In this document: positions 37,915-48,150 of the stretch, piece after piece | Layout: each line of letters starts with the position of its first letter | How positions within the stretch are numbered: the first letter of the stretch is position 1 | IMG/VR virus record: IMGVR_UViG_3300028844_005117 | Span: 8,683 to 72,682 of that record | DNA: 64,000 nucleotides | From: a virus | Strand: one strand, 5' to 3' | Program-made: the position numbers and the translations under genes | The notes under the pieces: model-generated | The model's database searches: none | The model's input: the letters and a program-made list of their open reading frames with translations, nothing else | What the model was told of the DNA's origin: nothing

Positions 37915-38811
37915 TTAGTTAGTTTCTTCGTAATCTACAACTCTATCTTGTTCAAAATAGTATTCTTTCTTAGCTTGTGATAACCACCACTTACTTTCTA
38001 CTGGGTCTAACTCAGCTTTGTAAGAATGGAATAAGGAACCAACTCTTTGATTAAGGTGTTTATATCCAAATTTAGGAATAACAAATATCTTATTATCTTT
38101 GAATGTCATTCTAAGTAAGAACTCATAAATGAATGTAAGTTTTATATTTGATTTAAGACCACCGAAGTCTTCGAATAATGATTTTTTAATTACTGAACCA
38201 TCAATGTTGAAGTTCTGATATGTAAGTAATGCTCCATTATCAAGGATACCCATTTCTTCTGAGAAACTTTGAGCCCATACAGCCTCGTTGGTAAGTCCAA
38301 TGAATTGAGTTTGCTCATTTACATCCACAATTAATGGTAAGAACATATCCACATCTGAATGTGCTGCTCTATATTCCACAACATTCTTAAACCAAATTTT
38401 AGCGTATTCATCATCTAATTCTAAGATGGATACCCACTCAGTTTTAGCAACTTCAACCCCTAAGTTAATTTGAGATGAGAAATCAGTCTTACCATCGTTT
38501 TCAACAATAGTAACAATACTCTTAATCGCACCAAAATCATACTTACTTAACTCTTTAAATACATCACTACCTTTAGGTACAATGATTAAAACTGCATCTG
38601 GTTTAGTCATTTGGTCTTCAATACTCTTTACTGCGTTAGCAAATAAAGTTCTCGTATCATCAGTTAATTCGTGAACTGGTAATAATACTGAAATATCTGT
38701 TTTGACTGTTTTCTTTTTAACTGCTACTTTTTTGGTTGCTGTCTTCTTGGTTGTAGTCTTCTTAGCTGTAGCCTTCTTAGCTGTAGCCTTTTTGTTTGTT
38801 TTCTTTTCCAT
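37915..38811 (-). CDS. GT2-family glycosyltransferase with Lys/Ala/Thr-rich N-terminal tail
   Basis: ISVLLPVH, INLG, LELDD (DxD-like); KKATA repeats. Confidence 0.8.
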   Translation of the reverse strand: MEKKTNKKATAKKATAKKTTTKKTATKKVAVKKKTVKTDISVLLPVHELTDDTRTLFANAVKSIEDQMTKPDAVLIIVPKGSDVFKELSKYDFGAIKSIVTIVENDGKTDFSSQINLGVEVAKTEWVSILELDDEYAKIWFKNVVEYRAAHSDVDMFLPLIVDVNEQTQFIGLTNEAVWAQSFSEEMGILDNGALLTYQNFNIDGSVIKKSLFEDFGGLKSNIKLTFIYEFLLRMTFKDNKIFVIPKFGYKHLNQRVGSLFHSYKAELDPVESKWWLSQAKKEYYFEQDRVVDYEETN

Positions 38812-38813
38812 AA

Positions 38814-39938
38814 TTATGCTTTTGTTTCTACGTTAGTTTCTTTAGGTACCATAGCAACCACTTCTTCTCTTCTTGAAGCAACAATGTTTCCATAAGTTTC
38901 CTCAATAGCTTTTCTTTGCTTTTCTAATGTGTAAGTCCCTCTAGTTTCTGCCATACCATCTAATAAACCTTGTGGTACTGAATCTTCAAACCAAACCTTC
39001 ATATATGTTCCAATTAATTCTGGAATATTAAGTGTTGTGTTTGTCCAAACACCATTATTTTTAAGTGTAGTTTCACCCTTATCTGATGTTTCTTCCATCC
39101 ATTCTGGAATCATGTTAGGAATCTTACCAATTACTGGTGTGTTACACTCCATAGCCTCAATTGGGAATGTTCCGAACCCAGATGGGTCATCAATCCATAC
39201 TGCTAAACAAGAGTTGGTTAATTCGTTTGCAAATGCTTCTTTTGGAAGACCTCTAAGTTCCTTGAATGTTACAAACTTGTAAATTGGATATTGAAGGTAG
39301 AATGATTTTGCTATTTTTTGTGCATCACCGTGATTTCTTGTTAAGATTGTCACGATAGGTTCTTTTGGTTTATCATTCATTTTGAACGAGTCAGAAATCC
39401 CAACAGGTACAATATGTGATTTCATACCAGGAAACAGGCTATTAATATAATCAGCTTGTTTATGTGATGTTGTAATTACATCACTAAAACCATAATCCAT
39501 ATGCCATCTCTTTCCAATTGGTAATAACTCTAACAAGTAATCATATGATTGTGAAAAAACAATCTTCTTACATGGGAAAGCCTTAACTTGGTCCATTACA
39601 TTAGAGAATACCTCTGGGATTATAATATAATCTGTTGGTGATACGTTTAGTTGTTGTGCCTCAATTGAAACGTGAGGTAGATTTGCATATTCCTCACCTA
39701 ACCAATCTGAGATACCCATACCTTCTTCGTTTCCACGTACTCGATAATTATTTTTCTCATGCATGATATATGCCTTATAACCTAATTCATTTAACACTTT
39801 AACGTGCTCATAAATGTTAGCAACACTAGCTACTGGGTTACCCAATGTATCTAATGTAAAAAAGTAAAATGAGAAATCTTTGCTATCTATTTTTGCAAGG
39901 AGTTCTGCTACTTGTGTTTCTGGTGTTTTATTTTCCAT
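38814..39938 (-). CDS. GT-B (GT4-like) glycosyltransferase
   Basis: SGFGTFPIEAMECNTPVIG motif. Confidence 0.85.
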   Translation of the reverse strand: MENKTPETQVAELLAKIDSKDFSFYFFTLDTLGNPVASVANIYEHVKVLNELGYKAYIMHEKNNYRVRGNEEGMGISDWLGEEYANLPHVSIEAQQLNVSPTDYIIIPEVFSNVMDQVKAFPCKKIVFSQSYDYLLELLPIGKRWHMDYGFSDVITTSHKQADYINSLFPGMKSHIVPVGISDSFKMNDKPKEPIVTILTRNHGDAQKIAKSFYLQYPIYKFVTFKELRGLPKEAFANELTNSCLAVWIDDPSGFGTFPIEAMECNTPVIGKIPNMIPEWMEETSDKGETTLKNNGVWTNTTLNIPELIGTYMKVWFEDSVPQGLLDGMAETRGTYTLEKQRKAIEETYGNIVASRREEVVAMVPKETNVETKA

Positions 39939-39956
39939 TTTTTTTATTTTTTATTT

Positions 39957-40322
39957 TTATTCTTCATCAATTTCTGTTAATACCCCAAATCCAAGTAACG
40001 TATTAAACGCTATTTTAAATGGAATTGTGGTACTCGCTAATGCTCTTTCAAAACCTAACGTCTCATCAATTTCTTCATTATATGTTAGTAAAACCTCTAA
40101 ACACATTCTTAGGACATCATACTTTGGTCCATCAATAACTTGTGTTTTTTCATATTCTCTAGTCATCACACTTGTTGAAGTTGATTTCTGACCACCAGCA
40201 TCATTAGTGGTAATTTTTTCAGTTTCCGTTTCAGTAGCCATATCGTTATCACTACCGTTGGATACTATATTGGTGTATTTTTCTAAATCGATGATATAAT
40301 TCTTATCACCTAAACTTATCAT
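39957..40322 (-). CDS. hypothetical protein (likely start MISLGDK)
   Basis: in operon; C-terminal FKIAFNTLLGFGVL. Confidence 0.7.
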   Translation of the reverse strand: MISLGDKNYIIDLEKYTNIVSNGSDNDMATETETEKITTNDAGGQKSTSTSVMTREYEKTQVIDGPKYDVLRMCLEVLLTYNEEIDETLGFERALASTTIPFKIAFNTLLGFGVLTEIDEE

Positions 40323-40329
40323 ACCCTCA

Positions 40330-40968
40330 TTATAACTCTTCATAGTCAGCTGTTTTGGTTCCGAAGATAGTCTCTCTAAGTTTCTCATCATTCATGAATT
40401 CCATAAGGTCATCAATTTCAAAGTCTGCTTTAACATCTTTATTATATGGTGAGTTAACCTTAACCGATATCTTACCAGAAGGTTTCGCTTCAAGAGCTAC
40501 TGGACATGCAGTGATTAATACATCAAGACCATCCCATTTGTCAGCATAAGCTGTTACAAATCTAAAATTACTCGCTTTACAATGAGTCTTAGATAAGAAA
40601 AAGAATGTTGCTGGGATACTACCAGCCGCTTCACGACTAACAATCTCAAACTCATGCTCTTCTTCATCCTTCATCTCCATAAGGAATTGATTAAGGTGGG
40701 TCATCATGTTAGGGTGTTGTTGGTCGCCTTGACCAAAGACCTCTAGAGGTGCCTCTAAATAAAGAAACTTTTTTAGTTCACGCTCATCTTCGAAATTAAC
40801 CAATTCGTGATTCATAAGATTAAAATCTGTGATTGGGTATTTCGTAAGGTCAAATTCTATTGGTTTACCTTCTTCGTCACGTCCTGTATCATGATACTTT
40901 TCGTACGTATAGGCAAATTGTCCAATATAGTCCCTTAGGACTTCGTTAAGTGTTATTCCAATTTTCAT
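40330..40968 (-). CDS. HAD/5'(3')-nucleotidase-like protein with degenerate motif I
   Basis: MKIGITLNEVLRD (DxD replaced by TxN); DVLIT...PYN. Confidence 0.55.
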   Translation of the reverse strand: MKIGITLNEVLRDYIGQFAYTYEKYHDTGRDEEGKPIEFDLTKYPITDFNLMNHELVNFEDERELKKFLYLEAPLEVFGQGDQQHPNMMTHLNQFLMEMKDEEEHEFEIVSREAAGSIPATFFFLSKTHCKASNFRFVTAYADKWDGLDVLITACPVALEAKPSGKISVKVNSPYNKDVKADFEIDDLMEFMNDEKLRETIFGTKTADYEEL

Positions 40969-41004
40969 ATGTTAATTATATTAATAATAGTCTGTAAGTA
41001 AACC

Positions 41005-41810
41005 TTACCATCTAAAATTCTTTCTAAACCAGATAGTGAGTTTTCTAAGGAATTTAGGTTTTTTCTTTTTATTCTTTTTTATTGTGGTTGCAATGTTTAC
41101 TCTTTCTATAACCTTATCAAAGTCTACATTAGAATAGTCACGACCATTGAGACTTGTTGGTTTATAGTTGTTAAGTATTTTAGAAATCAATGGGTTTCTA
41201 ACAATCTCATCTTCACTGAATTCAATATACCCAATTTGTTCTATATTTTTATGCTTCTTAATACCATCATATAAACCACTATCTTTATAATTCTTGTATC
41301 TATCAGATTGGTCAAGGTCACCAGATATGATGAACTTTGAATTGTAACCAATTCTAGTAAGGAGTGTTTTCATTTGATGTGGGGACATGTTTTGCGCTTC
41401 TTCCATTACAAGTATGGTATTATCAATACTCTTACCTCTAATGAAACCCAAGGCACCAACAGATATAACACCGTCTTTTTCTAATCCAAGTCGATTCTTA
41501 ATACCCATGATTTTATCTACGATATCTAAAGAAGGACCAACGAATGGGTCTAACTTTTCACGAAGGTCACCAGGCATGAAACCATATTTTTCCTCAGCCT
41601 CAACAGCTGGGTTTCAATTGCTCTAGCAATCGCAACATAACTCTTTCCAACACCAGCTGGTCCAATTGCAAATATAATTTCTTTTTCAGTGATTAACCTA
41701 GAGAAATCTTTTTGTTTATGATTCTTACATTTAAGTCTGTGTCTTGTTGGGGTTTCCTTTGATACACTTTCCTCATTAGCTTGTTTTGTAGGCGTTTTCT
41801 TCTTCCTCAT
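41005..41810 (-). pseudogene. phoH: PhoH-family ATPase split by a frameshifting deletion near 41612
   Basis: GPAGVGKSYVA in one frame; PAVEAEEKYGFMPGDLREKLDP, RGKS, EEAQN, GDLDQSD, RNPLI in the other. Confidence 0.88.
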
Positions 41811-41811
41811 A

Positions 41812-42798
41812 TTATCTACCCTTTTTTCTTTCTTTATTCTTGTATCGTTCATCAAGTTCATCTTCTCTGAATTGTTCAATAAGACTAACTCCATCCTTTA
41901 ATACCTCACTCTTAAATTTGATAACATAATAACCATCAAATTCAATCAACTTATCAAATCCTGTAATCTTATATTCAAAATCATGTAAGTCCATAACACC
42001 TATCGTATTATATGAAACAAAATCGACTGTTGAAATGTCTAAGAAATCAGCAACTCTAGGATTCTTCATCGCTTTCTTTACCTCAGATATAAAAAGTTTA
42101 GATTTTCTATCATCTGGGTTGGCGTATTTAGATACGTAAAACTCTAGTAATTTTTCAGTTTCAGAAATGGTTCTAACATTCATCTTTTTAGTAAACATTT
42201 CAAGTTCAAACTTAGCTCTAAATTCTCTAGTACAAGAAATCATTCTTTCTGTTTTATTACTTGATTCATAACCAGCACGACTTATCTCTCCTATAGTTGC
42301 TTGCCCCTCTTGTTTACCTGTATCTGGGTTTTCTGTTATTTGTATTGTCTTTTCAATTTCTTCACGTGAAAGTTCTTTAATATCAAAATCTAATGAGTCA
42401 GTCATAACCGAATCATTATTAACAACTATTTCTAACTCGTAATCATCATATTCATCAATCTTTATCTTAGCCATCCCAGCTTTCTTTCGACTACCAACAG
42501 TTTCAACAATTGGGGTTCCATCATCTTCATATCCAATGACGTTGATTCTTTTCTCATTTTCAAATTTTTCAGTCTCATCTAAAACCTTATACATTCTCCA
42601 TCTAAGGTCTCTAACTTCTTGGTTTATTTCACCTCTAGACAATGCATCGGCAAGTGTTCCTTGGTTATGTCTTCGTTCTTTAGAAGACCCACCACCAGAC
42701 TCACTATCACCACCTTGTGATAACATGTTCTCTTCAACGTTACCTGTTGCTAATGCAACAGCAGTAAGTTGTTTCTTTATCCATTTACCCAATCCCAT
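41812..42798 (-). CDS. hypothetical protein (likely start MGLGKW)
   Basis: long ORF in operon. Confidence 0.8.
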   Translation of the reverse strand: MGLGKWIKKQLTAVALATGNVEENMLSQGGDSESGGGSSKERRHNQGTLADALSRGEINQEVRDLRWRMYKVLDETEKFENEKRINVIGYEDDGTPIVETVGSRKKAGMAKIKIDEYDDYELEIVVNNDSVMTDSLDFDIKELSREEIEKTIQITENPDTGKQEGQATIGEISRAGYESSNKTERMISCTREFRAKFELEMFTKKMNVRTISETEKLLEFYVSKYANPDDRKSKLFISEVKKAMKNPRVADFLDISTVDFVSYNTIGVMDLHDFEYKITGFDKLIEFDGYYVIKFKSEVLKDGVSLIEQFREDELDERYKNKERKKGR

Positions 42799-43795
42799 AT
42801 CTCTCAAAAATTTTACAAATTCGTTTAGATGACATACCGTCACCATAAGGTGATTCACTTGTTACGTCATAATTATTTATGTGTTTATCAAACAACCCTT
42901 TTAAGTCTTTTGGTTCCTCAACCATGAAACTAGTAAGACCAACTGATTCTGGTCGTTCGGTTACCTTTCGACAAACCAATGCCTTCTTATTAAAGAATGA
43001 ACATTCTTCTTGGATACCACCACTATCTGTAATAACCAATCTACACTTAACTAATGTTTTAATTAACTCATCGTGAGTCATTGGTTCAACAACCTTAACC
43101 CAACTACTTAATTTTTTCCTGTGTTTTTGAACATTAGGATTCGGATGTAATGGTAAAATAAACTCTAAGTGTGGGTGTACCGCAGCAATATCATTTAATT
43201 CGTTAAACCATTCACCCATTTGCTTATGATTCTCCCTTCTATGCATTGTAATTAAGACCTTATTGGTGTATTCACAATCTTTTTTATATGGTAAAAGATT
43301 ATCTAGTACCGTATTCCCAACAACTTGTATCTTAGAACCACTAATATTTTCGTTGCGTAGATTTTTAAGATTTAACTTAGTTGGGCAAAGATGTAAATCA
43401 GCAATTGTTGAAACAATCATTCTATTATTCTCTTCTGGAAATGGGTTCTCGACATCACCAGTTCTAAGTCCAGCTTCTAAGTGAACTACCTTAATCTTTC
43501 TATGCATTGCAGCTATGGCTAAACCAACAACTGATGTGGTATCACCTTGTACTAGTATATGTGTAATACCCTCAAAACATTCATCTGGAATACTTAAACA
43601 ATTTTTCATTACTGAATCTAATCGATTACCATCATAATCAACCATGGTCAAATTAAAGTCAGCATCCTTAGGTGCAATGTCTTTGTGTTGACCAGTGAAC
43701 AGAGTTTTAAAGGTCATGTTTGACCTAGTCATCTCATCAATTAATGGTTTAACTTTAATATATTCTGGTCTAGTCCCGTATGTTATTAATATCAT
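42785..43795 (-). CDS. wecB: UDP-N-acetylglucosamine 2-epimerase
   Basis: GTRPE, TGQH, QGDT, HLEAGLR, HRREN, TDSGGIQEE. Confidence 0.95.
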   Translation of the reverse strand: MILITYGTRPEYIKVKPLIDEMTRSNMTFKTLFTGQHKDIAPKDADFNLTMVDYDGNRLDSVMKNCLSIPDECFEGITHILVQGDTTSVVGLAIAAMHRKIKVVHLEAGLRTGDVENPFPEENNRMIVSTIADLHLCPTKLNLKNLRNENISGSKIQVVGNTVLDNLLPYKKDCEYTNKVLITMHRRENHKQMGEWFNELNDIAAVHPHLEFILPLHPNPNVQKHRKKLSSWVKVVEPMTHDELIKTLVKCRLVITDSGGIQEECSFFNKKALVCRKVTERPESVGLTSFMVEEPKDLKGLFDKHINNYDVTSESPYGDGMSSKRICKIFERYGIG

Positions 43796-44547
43796 ATAAA
43801 ATCACCTATTTTATTTACTCCCTTATGTTGTACAATTATAGTTGCACAATCGTTGGCAAATTCAATTGCTTTGGTTATATCACCACATTCTAAATACTTA
43901 ACAACCAATGTAGCCATGAACGTATCCCCAGCACCAGTCATATCTTTGATATCAACCTTTTCTACTGGATAAATAATCCCTTCGTAATTACAACCTTTAC
44001 TTCCGATGGTAACAATTAAATTGTGGTTAAATTTACTCATATCAACATGAGCTTTTACATTGTTATCATATTCTAATTTGTTAATCTTAATTATCTTTGC
44101 ATTTAAGCAATAATCACCTAGAATTTTCTTGGTATCAATGAAGACGTTCTTATGATTATTACATAACCATTTAATTTCTTCAACCCCAATAAAACCCTTA
44201 CAATAATCTGAAATTATTATAACATCATAATCTTGAAGTCTTATAGACATTAAATCCTTAAGTTTATCAACACTTGATTTGTCTGAATCGACTCTAACTA
44301 ACATCTGATTAGTCTTCTCATCAACATATCTAGTCTTGGTTATTAATTCTTTATTGGTGATGATGTCAACATTCTCATGAATTGACTTAACATTATCAAA
44401 AACATTCATAGCCATTCCACCATTTTCAATTGTTTTTGTTGGGATTAGTACTGGTACTGGTGCATCTGGACACAGTCTATCACATCTACCATAAATGTAA
44501 ATGTCACGACAACTATCACCAATAATTAAAACCCTACCCATTACCAA
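43792..44547 (-). CDS. PfkB-family sugar kinase, HldE/RfaE heptose-7-phosphate kinase-like
   Basis: GD..RD.YIYG...RLCPDAPVPV, SDYxKG, D.TGAGDTF. Confidence 0.85.
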   Translation of the reverse strand: MVMGRVLIIGDSCRDIYIYGRCDRLCPDAPVPVLIPTKTIENGGMAMNVFDNVKSIHENVDIITNKELITKTRYVDEKTNQMLVRVDSDKSSVDKLKDLMSIRLQDYDVIIISDYCKGFIGVEEIKWLCNNHKNVFIDTKKILGDYCLNAKIIKINKLEYDNNVKAHVDMSKFNHNLIVTIGSKGCNYEGIIYPVEKVDIKDMTGAGDTFMATLVVKYLECGDITKAIEFANDCATIIVQHKGVNKIGDFI

Positions 44548-44945
44548 CTAACTTCCCAATCTTTAAAATCAGCTGCAAGACAATCAATTTTATAATCTTT
44601 ACGACCACCAGCTGCTTCTTGAATTTTATTCTTAGCGACATTACGAATACCGTTTAATCCGTGTGTTAATTCTAAGTCATTACCATCCTTTATACCCTTA
44701 CGGTAGTTAGATTCATTATGCCAGATGTGTAAGTTCATTTGAGATAGGACCACAATTGCTCTTATAATCTCAGCAGTCATCTTCCCTTCATTTTCATCTA
44801 AGTGAAGTTGAATATCATGTACGATATCATTAATCTCATCTGCATATTCTTCTTTATGGTCTGTTATGAATACCTCTTTAAGTTGAGTTATTGATAATCT
44901 ATCTACTAATTCAGATAGTGTTGGTAAATATTTTCTTTGTTTCAT
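44541..44945 (-). CDS. hypothetical helical protein within the sugar cluster
   Basis: ELVDRLSI...N..IWHNE pattern. Confidence 0.7.
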   Translation of the reverse strand: MKQRKYLPTLSELVDRLSITQLKEVFITDHKEEYADEINDIVHDIQLHLDENEGKMTAEIIRAIVVLSQMNLHIWHNESNYRKGIKDGNDLELTHGLNGIRNVAKNKIQEAAGGRKDYKIDCLAADFKDWEVSW

Positions 44946-44946
44946 A

Positions 44947-45612
44947 TTAATTTACTTTATATATTAATTCGGAGCATGACGTTAGTCTACCACCCCAGTT
45001 TGCCTTATTTAAAATCTTAACATCCATCTTAGTTAAATTAAAGTTGGTTGTTAGGTATGTGTGCCACTCCGCACCAGTCTTAACGTTACAGTGGACATGT
45101 CGTTCCTCTGGTTTCGTATATAACCAATTAGCCGCAGATGCAATTATACATGTATCTGACTTAGAGTGTTTAATTAGATTACTCATGAATACATCAAAAC
45201 TACTAGGTTCAATGTGTTCAAAGTGTTCAAATGAACAGATTAAATCGAATATAATTCTCTCACCATTCTCATCAACCAATTCATAATCAACATCCGTTCT
45301 TAATATGAAGTGATTATCTAAGTCGAGGAATGGACTATTAACAGTTTCCTTATTCCCATCTAGTGTTACAATAACCAAATCTGGATTTAGTTTTAATAAC
45401 CAATGTCTTAAATGACCAGCCCCCGAACCAACATCTAGAACATACTTCACATCTTTGAAGTTGTCTAATATATCCTTAGACAAATTTTCAAACATATTAT
45501 GTAATGCGTCACAAGTTGGACCTTCGAAATGAAGACCGTCATGGTGTTGGTAACCAGCTACAGTTTCTGAGGCATCAATCCCAACGTTTTCAGTATTTGT
45601 TTGTTTAATCAT
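44947..45612 (-). CDS. class I SAM-dependent methyltransferase
   Basis: VLDVGSGAG, SFEHFEHI, HCNVK. Confidence 0.85.
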   Translation of the reverse strand: MIKQTNTENVGIDASETVAGYQHHDGLHFEGPTCDALHNMFENLSKDILDNFKDVKYVLDVGSGAGHLRHWLLKLNPDLVIVTLDGNKETVNSPFLDLDNHFILRTDVDYELVDENGERIIFDLICSFEHFEHIEPSSFDVFMSNLIKHSKSDTCIIASAANWLYTKPEERHVHCNVKTGAEWHTYLTTNFNLTKMDVKILNKANWGGRLTSCSELIYKVN

Positions 45613-46510
45613 TTTCTACTCTATCTTTATAATAATTTATTGTTGTTGATAACGCTTCATCCATTGGTGTGAACTTAAAGTCTGGTAATAAATTAAACAT
45701 CTCTGTCGTATCTAATCGTTTAGACCTCACCCCAACATATTTACTGGTATCGTAAAAAATATCATCTGAATTATAGTCAACTGCGTTACAAATGCTTTGA
45801 GCGTATTCCCTTATGGTATATTCAACCCCAGTACCTAAATTTAAGATTTTATTCTCTAAGTGTAAAGTGTAAAACATAATATTTATCGCATCGTTAACGT
45901 AAACCAACTCACGCTTTTGATAACCATCACCCCAAAGTTCAACATCGGTTCCATGATTCTTACCAGAATAAATCTTCTTGATTAAATCAAATATGAAGTG
46001 GGAATCATCTAACTCAAAGTCAGTACCGTATAGTGTTGATGGAACGTAATACATATACTTCAATCCATATTGTTCAGCATACGACTTAAGACCAACTAAA
46101 AGCATTCTCTTGGTCATCGCATACGTATAAAGTCCAGTATCTGGCTCACCCTTCAAATAATTTTCCTCACTCATGAGGGTATCTGGTGAGTATGAACAAC
46201 TAGTTCCCATAGCAATCATCTTTGCTTGTGGTTGATGGTCACTCCAATACTTAAGGATGTTAGCGTTTATCCTCTCATTAACTTCATATTGCTCCGCTTT
46301 ATGGTATAAACACCAATCACCAGCCTTAGTATGTGCCGCTAAATGGAAGATATAATCAAATTTGACATCATTATAAACATGTAAGTTCTTATCATCCATA
46401 AGGTTCGCCACCTTGGTGTTAGATATTAATACTTCCCAACCTAACTCATCTAATTTCTTCTTTAGGTGTCTACCTAGAAACCCACTTATACCTGTTACTA
46501 ATACTTTCAT
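45605..46510 (-). CDS. GDP-L-fucose synthase-like NAD(P)-dependent epimerase/reductase
   Basis: TGISGFLG, GTSCSY, YAMTK, WGDG.Q.RE. Confidence 0.85.
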   Translation of the reverse strand: MKVLVTGISGFLGRHLKKKLDELGWEVLISNTKVANLMDDKNLHVYNDVKFDYIFHLAAHTKAGDWCLYHKAEQYEVNERINANILKYWSDHQPQAKMIAMGTSCSYSPDTLMSEENYLKGEPDTGLYTYAMTKRMLLVGLKSYAEQYGLKYMYYVPSTLYGTDFELDDSHFIFDLIKKIYSGKNHGTDVELWGDGYQKRELVYVNDAINIMFYTLHLENKILNLGTGVEYTIREYAQSICNAVDYNSDDIFYDTSKYVGVRSKRLDTTEMFNLLPDFKFTPMDEALSTTINYYKDRVEND

Positions 46511-47448
46511 TATAGATTAGTAAAGTTTCTGTTGTTATACTTAATAATCATCTTATAAGCCTTAATAAGCTCCACTACACCACTATCTATTGTATGTGTA
46601 GGTCTCCACCCATAATTCTCTAATTTATCATTAGAGACGATGTAATTCCTATTATCAAAGTCTGATGAAAAGTCATTTTCCACAATAACTAGACTTGGTA
46701 TGTGTTCTTTAATCTTCTCACCTAATTCCATCTTAGATAGGTTAGCGGTTGAAAGACCTACGTTGAAGACATCATTATTTAATCTTTGATAATTCTCAAT
46801 CCCGAAAAGGAATGTCTTAGCGATATCCTTAACATGGATATAGTTTCTCTTGAAATGAGATTGGAATAGAACTAGATAACCATCAACAACTGATTTGTAA
46901 ACAAAGTCATTAACAAGAAGGTCAGTTCTCATTCTAGGTGATGCACCGAATACAGTTGCCAATCTAAAGCAGATACCATTACCACTATTCATGATGTAGT
47001 CCTCAGCATCACATTTAGTCTTAGCATAGTGTGAAAGTGGGTTGAATGGGCTATCCTCTGTGATAATATCTTCCGAACTACCATACTGACTATTCGTGTT
47101 AGGCATTAGTAGTTTTTGAGTTTCACTCATATTATCAACAATTACCTTAACGTGACCAAAATTTAACTTTGTTGCCAATTCCTTATTAGCATCACATGCT
47201 GGTGCACCAACAATTGCCGCCAATGGAATTATGATATCATAATTGGGAACAATACTAGTTAGATATTCAAAATCTGTTGCATCCTTGAGGATGAAATCAA
47301 AATTTTCATTTGAACAAAGATGTAGTAATGATGTTTGTCTGAGTGTTAGGTTATCTAAAACGTCTACCGCATAACCCTTATTTAATAATAATTCTGTTAA
47401 TGTGGAACCTAAATATCCAGCCCCACCCGTGATTAAAACTTTTTTCAT
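46510..47448 (-). CDS. NAD-dependent sugar epimerase/dehydratase
   Basis: TGGAGYLG, YAKTK, RLATVFG.SPRMR.DL. Confidence 0.9.
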   Translation of the reverse strand: MKKVLITGGAGYLGSTLTELLLNKGYAVDVLDNLTLRQTSLLHLCSNENFDFILKDATDFEYLTSIVPNYDIIIPLAAIVGAPACDANKELATKLNFGHVKVIVDNMSETQKLLMPNTNSQYGSSEDIITEDSPFNPLSHYAKTKCDAEDYIMNSGNGICFRLATVFGASPRMRTDLLVNDFVYKSVVDGYLVLFQSHFKRNYIHVKDIAKTFLFGIENYQRLNNDVFNVGLSTANLSKMELGEKIKEHIPSLVIVENDFSSDFDNRNYIVSNDKLENYGWRPTHTIDSGVVELIKAYKMIIKYNNRNFTNL

Positions 47449-47454
47449 TTGTAA

Positions 47455-48150
47455 TTATTTTATTTTCTTTAGAATGAACCCAATATCATTGGTATCTAAT
47501 GGGTTATATGTGTGTCTAGGTGATGCGTTAAAGTCGAATCCGATATCTTCAAGACCACATTCTTTAAAGGTCTTTAACCACCATTCATTAGACTTAATAC
47601 ATTGATGGTTCTTACCTTCAACCAAATTAATCAGACAGATAAAGACACCATCATCATTAAGATGTTTCTTAATGTTATTCAAAACACTAGGTATATCTTC
47701 TGGTTTCGGGTGCTCTAAAACATCCCAAGCGGTGATAACATCAAACGTTTGTTCACCAGTATCGTTAAACATTTGGAATGGTTTTGTGATGTCTGCTTTA
47801 AAGAGACACTTATCCTTAAGATTCAACCAATTATCATGAATGTCCTCAGTAAGTTTACTGGTATCACCAATATACCTAGGTTGTGGTTTTATTCTATTTT
47901 TCGATATTTGTATCATCTTAGATAAATCACTACCTTCAACCCCAACAGCAACATTACCCATATTATAGACATCAACTACTGATTGACCACCAGCACAACC
48001 TAAATCCATATAGGAAAAGTCTTCTTTGTTGGTGATTCGTTTTAGTTCCTCTAAGTATACTGGGTTAGAGTGATTATTTTGTGCAGCCCCTTGTATTGGA
48101 TTTTCAAAGTCTGGTCCAACAGCATTCGGGTGATTAGTTTCTATTCTCAT
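47455..48150 (-). CDS. class I SAM-dependent methyltransferase
   Basis: MDLGCAGG, FDVITAWDVLEH. Confidence 0.85.
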   Translation of the reverse strand: MRIETNHPNAVGPDFENPIQGAAQNNHSNPVYLEELKRITNKEDFSYMDLGCAGGQSVVDVYNMGNVAVGVEGSDLSKMIQISKNRIKPQPRYIGDTSKLTEDIHDNWLNLKDKCLFKADITKPFQMFNDTGEQTFDVITAWDVLEHPKPEDIPSVLNNIKKHLNDDGVFICLINLVEGKNHQCIKSNEWWLKTFKECGLEDIGFDFNASPRHTYNPLDTNDIGFILKKIK

